Shown here: positions 1-8,947 of the stretch, in pieces
Layout of the letters: every line of letters starts with the position of its first letter
How positions within the stretch are numbered: the first letter of the stretch is position 1
IMG/VR virus record: IMGVR_UViG_3300037541_000804
Span: 1-64,000 of that record
Length of the DNA: 64,000 bases
Source of the DNA: a virus
Strand: one strand, 5' to 3'
The notes under the pieces: generated by a model
Told to the model about the DNA's origin: nothing
The model's database searches: none
The model's input: only the letters and a program-made list of their open reading frames with translations
Program-made: the position numbers and the translations under genes

Positions 1-520
1 TATCGTCTCCATGAAAATTGTTCCATTTAATTTTGTGGGCCGCTCTTTCTTCAAGAATTGGATCATTGGCCATTTCATCTTCTCCAGCACACGGATACAA
101 ATTGCCGTTCTCGTCATAACGAGACAAGTGAATGGTGATTCCGCCGTTCTTCTCAACCCAAGGTAGTTCGTTCGAGTAAAAGCGGGTGTCGGTCAAAATT
201 GCAACATGAGGAACTTCATTTTCGACCAAAGTTTTTTCCAGCTTTTTGATCCAATGGTCAGGGTCTTTGTTTCTCCAATAGCCAGTGCCATATGAGATTA
301 ATGTTTTTCTGATAAGCTCTTTTTCAACGGGGTCTTCTGTAAACGCGCTAACGCCAGCATTCAGTAGGAACAGTGGGTTTAACTCTTTTTTAAGTTCGTC
401 TGCGAAGGCATATTGTTTGGCCAAGATGTTTTTGGCCGCAAATTCTTTAATGAAAGCGTCTGCTAACGAATTTTTCCCAGAACGCTTACGCCCCGATACT
501 GAAACTATTTGATGAATCAT
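1..520 (-). CDS. deoxynucleoside monophosphate kinase (runs off the left edge)
   Basis: Not in ORF track; manual translation MIHQIVSVSGRKRSGKNS...YAFADELK...ILTDTRFYSNE shows the P-loop, FAD-LK and D-RF-NE motifs of phage dNMP kinases; ATGA overlap with upstream gene. Confidence 0.85.
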   Translation of the reverse strand, partial: MIHQIVSVSGRKRSGKNSLADAFIKEFAAKNILAKQYAFADELKKELNPLFLLNAGVSAFTEDPVEKELIRKTLISYGTGYWRNKDPDHWIKKLEKTLVENEVPHVAILTDTRFYSNELPWVEKNGGITIHLSRYDENGNLYPCAGEDEMANDPILEERAAHKIKWNNFHGDD

Positions 521-1101
521 ACATTATGTGTACGAGAGCATAAAGTAGATTCTTTCAGGATTTTTTCTATTACATCATTGTAGGACAAATCCTTAGTGTT
601 CCAATTTGACGGGACGCAAACAGCATTTCCTCCCGCAGCAATGAATTCGTCGCAGTTTTTCTGCAAGTCATCAATCAGTAAAGATTCTGAATTGGCCAAA
701 AGATATTTCTTCTTCGTAAACACACAATCGCCCGTGGAAATTGATGAATCAATCTTTTCCTTTAGCCATTTTACCTTTCCCCAAACGCAATTTGACCCAT
801 CGGAGGGAGAGCTAAGTATTGTTACTGGTGCGAAACGACTTAGAAAGTCATAAAGATTTTTTGACCATGGATAAGCTGGTAATGTGTCCCAAAAATATTG
901 ATCGTTCCCTTCCACGCATTGCCAAAATTCTGCATTTGTGATTCCAAACAGAGCGGCCATATCAAATTGGCCGAAATCTACATACTCGGAAATAGTTGCA
1001 GGATTTTTTGCGCGGTATTTATTATTCAGTTTTCGGAGAGCGGCGCTAAAGAAATCCGCCAAAATTCCGTCGAGGTCACAATATACAATTTTTATTTTCA
1101 T
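517..1101 (-). CDS. HAD-family 5'(3')-deoxyribonucleotidase
   Basis: DLDGILADF motif I, ILSSP, K, LIDD motif IV. Confidence 0.85.
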   Translation of the reverse strand: MKIKIVYCDLDGILADFFSAALRKLNNKYRAKNPATISEYVDFGQFDMAALFGITNAEFWQCVEGNDQYFWDTLPAYPWSKNLYDFLSRFAPVTILSSPSDGSNCVWGKVKWLKEKIDSSISTGDCVFTKKKYLLANSESLLIDDLQKNCDEFIAAGGNAVCVPSNWNTKDLSYNDVIEKILKESTLCSRTHNV

Positions 1102-1423
1102 AGCTTCAAAAAGTCAGTATCACATAGTATCTCTCCAGCGCCCAACGCTTTAAACTTCCATTGAAGTTCTGGAATATCGCCAAGCTTTTTAAAACCAGCG
1201 GGCGTTTTAACATAAACGATTTCCTTAGCAAGTTCATTGCTAAGATAATTCGCCGCTATTGGATTCAGGGTTACAAAAGACCTTTGCCTTTCAAAAAATC
1301 TAACACAAATCCCTCATCGAGAAACTCTTTATTCGCGTTTCTAAAACAACAGTACAAATGCCCGTCATTCCATAAGGGCTCCTCTACGTCATCTGGAGCG
1401 TGTAGCCAGTAGATTTTTAGCAT
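1098..1423 (-). pseudogene. ~108-aa hypothetical gene split by a -1 frameshift (pseudogene, programmed shift or sequence error)
   Basis: 50-aa ORF 1423-1271 continues in the -1 frame to TGA 1098, which forms an ATGA overlap with the next gene; T6 run at 1293-1298. Confidence 0.55.
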
Positions 1424-1424
1424 C

Positions 1425-1631
1425 TTAGAATTCAGAGTATGGCTCCCATTCCTGAGTCTCCATCTTCAACTTACGCATACACATATCCTCATCATCGAAG
1501 TCCCAAATCTTATTCGGGCCAGCAGGATAATACTGTTCTAGCTCACGCTTAAATTGCCAGAAATCTTCATGTGCGCGGCGAATCTTTTTCTGGTATTCGT
1601 CAAAGGTGGGAATGAAAGGGTCTAGGGTCAC
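1425..1631 (-). CDS. hypothetical protein
   Basis: 68-aa ORF abutting the downstream gene. Confidence 0.6.
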   Translation of the reverse strand: MTLDPFIPTFDEYQKKIRRAHEDFWQFKRELEQYYPAGPNKIWDFDDEDMCMRKLKMETQEWEPYSEF

Positions 1632-2110
1632 GCATATCTAACGTAGATTTGGCGCAAAACCTATCATCTTTTTCTTTCGGCGCAAAACTTTTTCGGGCGG
1701 GAAAGACAGAATCTCCCTTTACTTGTAAAAGTCACGAAGGCGTCGATTAGCGCGTGTACCGTACAGTTAACCGTACTCTAGACCACTATCTTAGTTTGCT
1801 TCGCAAAGTGAATAACGGCTTCCGTTCGTCCCTCACTCTAGCCTTTGAATGAGAGGGCTATCGCCGCCCTCTCAAACTCTCTTGGCGCTTGACAATCTTG
1901 TATCGCTTTTCTCCGAGAGGTTTCTCTATGCCCCAAGATTCTCAAGACCCTCATATTCATTCTTGGTTAACTACAAATATTAATCGGCGCATTCGTTCGT
2001 CGTTCCGACAATGCTCGCTCTGCTCGATTTTCTCCCAGTTTCCCCTTATTCCCCAAATGTTACAGTAAAACGCCCAACTTCTTTCAAAAAATCTTCAAAA
2101 ATCTTCACGA

Positions 2111-2161
2111 ATGGACACTTTTTGTCCATTGGGTCGAAATCGTGGACACTTTTTGTCCATT
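2111..2161. promoter_or_regulatory. two tandem copies of a palindromic site RTGGACA-CTTTT-TGTCCAT
   Basis: atggacactttttgtccatt at 2111 and gtggacactttttgtccatt at 2142, 31 bp apart, in the divergent intergenic region. Confidence 0.6.
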
Positions 2162-2272
2162 CATTTTTGAGAATGTTCTCATATTTGATAGAGTTTTGTC
2201 TTTTGTGGCGGGCGGAAAAAGTTGATCTTTTTGCTAGACTTACAGAGTTGTTCATGTAATATACTGAGCCGC

Positions 2273-3241
2273 ATGATTACCGAACCAAGACTCGTTTATA
2301 AACCGTTTGAATACCCCGAGGCAGAAGCATTTTGGCTAAAACAGCAACAAGTTCATTGGTTGCATACCGAAATTCCTCTCGCCCAAGACCTTAATGATTG
2401 GAAATTTAATCTTCAGCCGCACGAAAAGGAAATCATTGGCGGAATTTTAAAAGGATTTGCCCAAACAGAGACGGTTGTTGAGGATTATTGGAGCGGTATG
2501 GTCGCCCGTTGGTTTAAGAAACCAGAAATTGCCGCCATGGCCAGAACATTTGGTTCTTTCGAGACGATTCATGCGGCCAGTTATGCCCTTTTAAATGAGA
2601 CTCTTGGATTGGATAATTTTTCTGAGTTCCTTGAGGATGAGGAAACGAAAGCCAAAATCGACGCCCTCCTGAGAGTGAGTAACGCAAAAAACGATGATTG
2701 GCATTCTCGCGCTAGATCGTTGGCTATTTTTTCAGCCTTTACAGAAGGGGTCAATCTTTTCTCCTCTTTCGCTGTTCTTCTGTCTTTTAAACTGAGGAAT
2801 CTTTTAAAAGGTGTTGGCCAAATTATCGAATTCTCCGTAAGAGACGAATCTTGTCATTCGGATGGTGGGTGCTGGCTATTTAGACAACTAATGACTGAAC
2901 GGCCCGATTTAAAAACTCCAGAGCTTATCAAAGATATTGAAGAAGCGGCGCTTTCTGCTCTTAAATTAGAGTTTGACTTCATTGATAAGGTATTCTCTAA
3001 TGGAGACTTGGAAAACCTCAAGAAAGACGAACTCAAGAATTTTATGCGCCACCGAATTAATACAAAAATGGTGGACTTGGGACTCAAGCCGATTATCCCA
3101 GCATCAGAAATTGATAGCGGAGCAATTAAACAAATGAGGTGGTTTGACGCAGTGATTGCTGGGCAAATACAAACAGATTTTTTCTCGGGAAGAAATACCA
3201 ATTATTCCAAAGGCCAATATAACTGGGACGAAGCATTTTAA
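2273..3241 (+). CDS. nrdB: ribonucleotide reductase beta subunit, class Id-like
   Basis: GFAQTE (Glu as first ligand), ETIHAASY, TEG, RDESCH, TDFF; start moved to ATG 2273. Confidence 0.93.
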   Translation: MITEPRLVYKPFEYPEAEAFWLKQQQVHWLHTEIPLAQDLNDWKFNLQPHEKEIIGGILKGFAQTETVVEDYWSGMVARWFKKPEIAAMARTFGSFETIHAASYALLNETLGLDNFSEFLEDEETKAKIDALLRVSNAKNDDWHSRARSLAIFSAFTEGVNLFSSFAVLLSFKLRNLLKGVGQIIEFSVRDESCHSDGGCWLFRQLMTERPDLKTPELIKDIEEAALSALKLEFDFIDKVFSNGDLENLKKDELKNFMRHRINTKMVDLGLKPIIPASEIDSGAIKQMRWFDAVIAGQIQTDFFSGRNTNYSKGQYNWDEAF

Positions 3242-3243
3242 TC

Positions 3244-4962
3244 ATGGACAACAACATAAACTCAGACATTAGTAAGTGGGAAAAGGGAAAAGATTATCCA
3301 GAATTCATGGATGATGCTGCGCTAGCAACTGTCTCAAAAGGATACCTTCTTCCAAACGAAACGCCAAAACAAGCATATAAAAGGGTGGCCCATACTGTCG
3401 CGTATAGATTACGTCGCCCAGACTTGGAGAATAAGTTCTTTAAATATATGTGGAAAGGCTGGCTATGCCCAGCTTCGCCCGTGTTATCTAACACAGGAAC
3501 AGAGAAAGGTTTGCCCATTTCTTGTTTTGGACTTGATACCCCAGATAGCATCACTGGGATTGGTCTGACGAATCTTGAAATGATGAAACTAACGTCTTCG
3601 GGCGGCGGAGTTGGTATTTCTGTATCAAGAATTAGACCAAGAGGTTCAAAGATTAACAATGGAAATGGGGTTAGCGAAGGGGTTGTTCCTTGGTGCAAAA
3701 TTTATGACTCAACTATTATAGCCACAAATCAGGGGCAAGTTCGTAGAGGGGCCGCGTCTGTAAATTTAAAAGTGAGTCATCCAGACTTTTCAGAATTTTT
3801 ACGCATTCGCCGTCCGTCTGGTGATCCAAACCGTCAATGCCTTAACCTTCATCAGTGCGCCGTTGTTGACGATGCGTTCATGAAGAAAGTTGAATCTGGG
3901 GATAAAGAGGCTCGCGATCTTTGGATTGAAATCTTGAAAACAAGAATTGAGACAGGGGAACCATATCTAATGTTTGAGGATAATGTTAATAGGGCAAATC
4001 CTTTAGCGTACAGGAAGAACAACCTCAGTGTCTCCATGACAAATATTTGTTCGGAAATTGCCCTCCACACAGATGAAGATCATTCGTTTATCTGCTGTTT
4101 GTCTAGTTTGAACATTACAAAGTGGGAGGAATGGAAAGACTCTGATTTGGTAGAAACCACAATTTATTTCTTGGACGGAGTGTTGGAAGAGTTCCTAGTA
4201 AAAACAGACGGCAAAAAATCATTTGACAGATCACATCGTTCGGCCTTAAAGGGCCGCGCTCTTGGATTGGGAGTTCTTGGATGGCACTCATTCCTTCAAC
4301 AAAAAGGATTGCCATTCGTGTCTATCGCTTCGACGGGATATACAAATAAAATCTCGGCCCAAATCAAAAATCAAGCTGAATACGCTTCTCGCAAGCTTGC
4401 AGAGGAATACGGAGAACCAGAATGGTGCAAGGGAACTGGAATGAGGAATAGTCATCTTATTGCTATCGCCCCAACGGTTTCTAATTCTACGATTGTTGGT
4501 GGCATTTCTCCTGGGGTGGAGCCTTTTCCAGCAAATTGTTGGTTGTTTAACAGCGCCAAGGGTTCGTTCATTCGTAAGAACTCAGAGCTTGAAAAGTATC
4601 TCGAAAAACGAGGACATAATACAGAAGAAGTTTGGGATTTAATCGCTCAATCAAGAGGCTCTGTGATGGACCTCCCAGAAGATGTTATCCCAACAGAAGA
4701 TAAGGAGATATTCCTTACGTTCGCCGAAATTAATCAACTTGGAATTGTGGAACAAAATATCGTTCGACAGCAACATGTAGATCAGGCGATTTCCTTGAAT
4801 CTAAAATTTGATCCAACTGACTCTCCAAAGTTCATCAATACAGTTCATTTGGCCGCTTGGAAAGGTGGAATTAAAACCCTGTATTATCTCAAGTCAGAGA
4901 GTGTCCTTCGGGCGGATATTGCGACAAGAACAAGCGAAGAGTGTTTGGGATGCGCTGGCTAA
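3244..4962 (+). CDS. nrdA: ribonucleotide reductase alpha subunit (short, no ATP cone)
   Basis: PISCF, GGGVG, TNICSEI, APTVSNS, KTLYY, C-terminal CLGC. Confidence 0.95.
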   Translation: MDNNINSDISKWEKGKDYPEFMDDAALATVSKGYLLPNETPKQAYKRVAHTVAYRLRRPDLENKFFKYMWKGWLCPASPVLSNTGTEKGLPISCFGLDTPDSITGIGLTNLEMMKLTSSGGGVGISVSRIRPRGSKINNGNGVSEGVVPWCKIYDSTIIATNQGQVRRGAASVNLKVSHPDFSEFLRIRRPSGDPNRQCLNLHQCAVVDDAFMKKVESGDKEARDLWIEILKTRIETGEPYLMFEDNVNRANPLAYRKNNLSVSMTNICSEIALHTDEDHSFICCLSSLNITKWEEWKDSDLVETTIYFLDGVLEEFLVKTDGKKSFDRSHRSALKGRALGLGVLGWHSFLQQKGLPFVSIASTGYTNKISAQIKNQAEYASRKLAEEYGEPEWCKGTGMRNSHLIAIAPTVSNSTIVGGISPGVEPFPANCWLFNSAKGSFIRKNSELEKYLEKRGHNTEEVWDLIAQSRGSVMDLPEDVIPTEDKEIFLTFAEINQLGIVEQNIVRQQHVDQAISLNLKFDPTDSPKFINTVHLAAWKGGIKTLYYLKSESVLRADIATRTSEECLGCAG

Positions 4963-4963
4963 T

Positions 4964-5163
4964 ATGAAAAATACTTTAACCTTCGACACGGAAAAGGCCC
5001 GCAAAAACGTCTAGCTTGGCTTTGTCGTCCTATAATCCATGGCATTAATAGGGATACGAATCAAAGTAAACGAGACGAAGACGACCAAGAATGCAGTTGC
5101 AACGCCAGATATTCAAACAAAGGAATGATGAATCTTATGGCGATGTACGGTTATTCTCCTTGA
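4964..5163 (+). pseudogene. ~66-aa hypothetical gene split by a -1 frameshift
   Basis: 16-aa ORF from ATG 4964 continues in the -1 frame past the A5 run (5003-5007) to TGA 5163. Confidence 0.4.
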
Positions 5164-5188
5164 CAGGGTTGAATCCATCGCGTATTCT
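5160..5188 (+). promoter_or_regulatory. sigma70-type promoter, near-leaderless
   Basis: TTGACA-N17-TATTCT-N8-ATG. Confidence 0.75.
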
Positions 5189-5196
5189 TCTCCCAC

Positions 5197-5757
5197 ATGA
5201 AAGAATACAACATCGACGACAAAGTATGGATCGCCTCACACGGCCAAAAAGAAGTGCGTAAAGACTGTCCTGTTTGCTATGGGCAGCTTTTCGTAACGCT
5301 AGTATTGGGCAACGGAGACGAAATTAGGACGCCATGCGACTATTGCGGCAAAGGTTATGAAGGTCCAAAAGGTTACGTTCTAGAATATGAATATGTGGCA
5401 GAACCCCGCCAAGTCACCATCACTGATAAAACCAAGGCAGAATCCAGCGATGGAATAAAGTGCGAATACAGAAGCTATGACGCCTACTTTGACGAAGTTT
5501 TCGACACGAAAGAAGAGGCCGAAGCCAAAACCCTAGAGAATATCAAAGAACACGAAGAACAAGAACGCAAAAACATCGAATGGCGCAAATCCCATAATCA
5601 CAAAACCTACTCTTGGCATGTCGGGTACTCTTTAAAAGAAATCAAAGAAGCCAAACGAAAACTCGACTGGCATAATCAAAGAGTAATCCTTATGGGAAAG
5701 CGCTCAAAACCTGAAAAAGCCGCAAAATGTCTTTCCCAAGAAGTTGAAATTCTATGA
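5197..5757 (+). CDS. hypothetical protein with CxxC...CxxC zinc finger
   Basis: CPVCYG...CDYCGKG; promoter directly upstream. Confidence 0.75.
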   Translation: MKEYNIDDKVWIASHGQKEVRKDCPVCYGQLFVTLVLGNGDEIRTPCDYCGKGYEGPKGYVLEYEYVAEPRQVTITDKTKAESSDGIKCEYRSYDAYFDEVFDTKEEAEAKTLENIKEHEEQERKNIEWRKSHNHKTYSWHVGYSLKEIKEAKRKLDWHNQRVILMGKRSKPEKAAKCLSQEVEIL

Positions 5758-5942
5758 CCAAATCCGAACTCTGGCGCATCTACGTTAAGAAAAACCCCTC
5801 ATTCGAGGGTCAATCCAACATAGCCATTTCCCCGAACGGCTTAAAAAAACTATTCGACCAAACATGGGAATTCGCCCAAGAAGCGGCCAAAAGTCAAAAA
5901 CCATTTGACGCCAGCATTTTCGGTGATATGTTTCGCCGCTAA
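5754..5942 (+). CDS. hypothetical protein
   Basis: ATGA-coupled 62-aa ORF. Confidence 0.7.
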   Translation: MTKSELWRIYVKKNPSFEGQSNIAISPNGLKKLFDQTWEFAQEAAKSQKPFDASIFGDMFRR

Positions 5943-6025
5943 ATATTTCTCGGTGCGCCTCTTCTTGAAAGCGCAATTCATCGGGATTTTTAGGAAGCTG
6001 CCAAATAAACAAAACAGCCACCAAT

Positions 6026-6077
6026 TAACCATTCAATCGCCAAGCAGTTGCAAATGCTCCGATTGGGTGGTTTTTCA
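6026..6077 (+). terminator. long G.U-containing hairpin followed by U-tract
   Basis: AACCATTCAATCG...CGATTGGGTGGTT then TTTT. Confidence 0.55.
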
Positions 6078-6201
6078 GTAAAAATTCGGAGTAGAATGTT
6101 AAAATGAAAGACCAAATTAAAAAACTAAAGACAGAACTTTTGCCGCTGTGAAGATTAAAGACGATCTAAGAATTCCACCTGAAAAGAGTGTAACATAACT
6201 C

Positions 6202-6717
6202 ATGGAACTCGACTTTTCCGATCAAATCAAGACCGCGAATTTTAATTTTACGCCCAAAAATCCTAAATTTGGGAGTTTCAAGCTATCAGAAAACGCCAAA
6301 AAGTTCATCGAATCCATCGCCTCCGAAACAAATAAGGAAATTCTTGTATCTGTGGCGCAAAATGCTATCCAAGCGGCCAAAAGTTTCCACCGAGTAGGGT
6401 TTTCGGACGTAGAAGTGGCTGTTGCCCGCATCTGTCGTTTCGCCAAACACGGTGATACGAAAATGCTTACAGCCAACCACGTTGATTTAGCCGATATTGA
6501 ATACGCCCTGGCCAAAGTAACCGTCGCTCAAAACAAACTTCAAGCCAGCGATTTCCTAGCTCTCGCCGAAGAAGAAATGGAAGATGAAGACGAAGATGAA
6601 GATGAAGATGAAGACGAAGATGAAGACGAAAAAGAGTGTGAATGCGAAGATTCCGAAATGAAGGAAGTTGGCGGGAAAGTCGTGTGTGGAAAATGCGGCC
6701 TCAAGAAGAAAAAGTGA
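6202..6717 (+). CDS. hypothetical protein with acidic tract and C-terminal Cys cluster
   Basis: (ED)n tract, CEC...CGKC; GTGTAA-N8-ATG upstream. Confidence 0.75.
   Translation: MELDFSDQIKTANFNFTPKNPKFGSFKLSENAKKFIESIASETNKEILVSVAQNAIQAAKSFHRVGFSDVEVAVARICRFAKHGDTKMLTANHVDLADIEYALAKVTVAQNKLQASDFLALAEEEMEDEDEDEDEDEDEDEDEKECECEDSEMKEVGGKVVCGKCGLKKKK
6580..6630 (+). repeat. GAAGAY hexamer tandem repeat (Glu-Asp)
   Basis: about 8 copies of gaagat/gaagac. Confidence 0.9.
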
Positions 6718-6745
6718 TAGACAGGCTCAAAACGCTCGTTAGTAT
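6718..6745 (+). promoter_or_regulatory. sigma70-type leaderless promoter of the glycan cluster
   Basis: TAGACA-N16-TAGTAT-N6-GTG. Confidence 0.6.
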
Positions 6746-6751
6746 AAACGA

Positions 6752-7672
6752 GTGACTAGTCTACTAGACCAAAATCTCCATCTTTGTATTCCACCCATTC
6801 GTCCTTATCAAAAGGACGAGTTGGAGCTTTCGGAAGTAGAGTTAGAAATTAAAAACGGCCAATTACTATCTTTGGGTAGAAACCCTTCTCAAGATGAATG
6901 GCGGTTTATAACTTTTATAAATCTTCTTCAAGAAACAGCTAAGAAAAACGCCTTACCGAATACGAGGTTTATCCTTAATATGTATGAGGGCGTTTACACT
7001 GACAAAACGCAGCGTTTTGCTTATACATCGAAGCCAAATAGTGGCCATATTTTAATCCCAGACGCTCATTCTCAAGAGACGCGAAATAAACTATTGGCCG
7101 TAAAAAATACAGACATTCCTTTCGGCGCTAAGCAAAAAAGAGCTATCTTCGCTGGTTCTGATACTGGAGCAAGGCGAAAAGACGGTTGGACAATGCGTTC
7201 TTTGGTTAGTCATATATATAAAGATTCACCAACAGTTTATTCCAAGATTACGGCCCTAGATGCTGACGCAGAAAAGAGATTTGGCGGCAAAATTAACCTA
7301 GACGCAATCTGCCGCCCGCCAAGCAATATTGCAAGGCAGCTTCGTTTTCAAGTCATTCTCAATATTAACGGCAACTCCACAAGCTGGGAGCGTCTTTTGT
7401 GGGCAATGGCAAGTAATTCATTGTGCGTTTTTGTCAAACCATTCGATGGCGAGGAAATGTATAGTTGGTATTATCCCCTACTAGAAATGACGGGCGTAGT
7501 GCCAATGATCGAATATGATCGTTTGGAGAAGTTTATGGAGAACGATTTCTCCACCGATTGTTGGCAACAAAAAATCGCCGACCAAAAAGTTTTTGCCAAT
7601 TATGTGTCATCGTTAGATACGCAGACAAAGTTTTTGTCAATAGTTTTAGATAAGTATGCCAAAGAGTCCTAG
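6752..7672 (+). CDS. glycosyltransferase family 90 (CAP10/POGLUT-like)
   Basis: ILIPD, KRAIFAGSDTG, ILNINGNSTSWERLLW, SWYYP. Confidence 0.75.
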   Translation: MTSLLDQNLHLCIPPIRPYQKDELELSEVELEIKNGQLLSLGRNPSQDEWRFITFINLLQETAKKNALPNTRFILNMYEGVYTDKTQRFAYTSKPNSGHILIPDAHSQETRNKLLAVKNTDIPFGAKQKRAIFAGSDTGARRKDGWTMRSLVSHIYKDSPTVYSKITALDADAEKRFGGKINLDAICRPPSNIARQLRFQVILNINGNSTSWERLLWAMASNSLCVFVKPFDGEEMYSWYYPLLEMTGVVPMIEYDRLEKFMENDFSTDCWQQKIADQKVFANYVSSLDTQTKFLSIVLDKYAKES

Positions 7673-8369
7673 ATTATCAGTTATTGTTTCTCTCTATAAT
7701 GCCGAAAAGTTTATTCGAGGCTTTATGGATAACGTAATGGAGCAACAAGGTCTTGAGGACATGCAAATACTGCTTCTTGACGCCCAAAGTTCAGATAAAA
7801 CGGCCCAAATAATTGGCGAATACAATCACCCGTCTCTCGAATATATTCTTCTAAAAGACCGTCTTTCTATTTACGAAACGTGGAATAAGGGGATTGCCTT
7901 GTCGAAAGCTCCAATCGTCTCAAATTGGAATGCTGACGATAGGCGAAAATGGAATTCTTTATATACTCAACTGTGTTTTATGGAGGCAAATCCCGAAATC
8001 GACGTTTGCTATGGGCATGTAGCATGGAGCTACAAAGCTAACGAGAAGTTTGAAGACGCCAATACTTACGACCTCTACCCGTGTTTCGATGTGACGCCTA
8101 ACACGATGATGCTAAACAATTCGCCGCACTGTATGCCAGTTTGGCGGAAATCATTACACGATAAATTCGGCCTTTTCAACTTGGAATATCCAACAGCAGC
8201 AGATTTCGACTTTTGGATGAGATGCTTAGAGGGCGGCGCAAAGTTCCAAAAGCTATACGAAACAGTTGGCCTGTATTATTATAACCCGCAGGGTCTTTCC
8301 ACAAATAACCAGTCTTCAAACATGAACGAAGGCGCAAAAATTAAAGAAAAATTTAAACACCTACTATAA
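7656..8369 (+). CDS. glycosyltransferase family 2
   Basis: SVIVSLYN, DAQSSDKT, WNKG, NADD, DFDFWMR. Confidence 0.9.
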   Translation: MPKSPRLSVIVSLYNAEKFIRGFMDNVMEQQGLEDMQILLLDAQSSDKTAQIIGEYNHPSLEYILLKDRLSIYETWNKGIALSKAPIVSNWNADDRRKWNSLYTQLCFMEANPEIDVCYGHVAWSYKANEKFEDANTYDLYPCFDVTPNTMMLNNSPHCMPVWRKSLHDKFGLFNLEYPTAADFDFWMRCLEGGAKFQKLYETVGLYYYNPQGLSTNNQSSNMNEGAKIKEKFKHLL

Positions 8370-8947
8370 TGGCTTATACCGATTGGATTCCCGTCCTAGA
8401 AATCATTCAGGACAAAAAAGAAACAAGCATCCTAGAATTTGGAATCGGCGCTGGCACAAAAGCGCTGGTTGACAATTTCGAAGAAGTTTTTTCACTCGAA
8501 ATCTTGAATGACCGCGAGTGGTTTGACAAAACAGTTGACCAACTTAAAGATTATAGGAGTTACACCGCGAAATACATTGACGCGCCAGAGCTTTTCGCCG
8601 CACACGACGAATTCACCAAGTCGGCCCAACAAAATCATCGCGGTAATAATTTCCAAGCAGAACGGCCATCAAAAGCTCTTCTGGAGATTCTCGAAGAGTC
8701 TAAATCTTCTATTGACTATGGAAAATACGACGGATTCTTCGTTGACGCGGGCGTTTATCTTCGCGGCGAGATTGTGAATTTTGTCTTGCAATATAAGCCG
8801 CGCTTTGTATTGGTTCATGATACAAATGGATTTGATGATTACGGTTATAACCTTGTTACAAGCAGTGAATACGCTTACTTCGGATTTAATACTGGCGACG
8901 GAACAGGCTTATTTCTACGAAAAGAAAAGTTGACAACAAATGAGTAA
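8369..8947 (+). CDS. class I SAM-dependent methyltransferase
   Basis: ILEFGIGAGT, FVDA...R, VHDT. Confidence 0.75.
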   Translation: MAYTDWIPVLEIIQDKKETSILEFGIGAGTKALVDNFEEVFSLEILNDREWFDKTVDQLKDYRSYTAKYIDAPELFAAHDEFTKSAQQNHRGNNFQAERPSKALLEILEESKSSIDYGKYDGFFVDAGVYLRGEIVNFVLQYKPRFVLVHDTNGFDDYGYNLVTSSEYAYFGFNTGDGTGLFLRKEKLTTNE

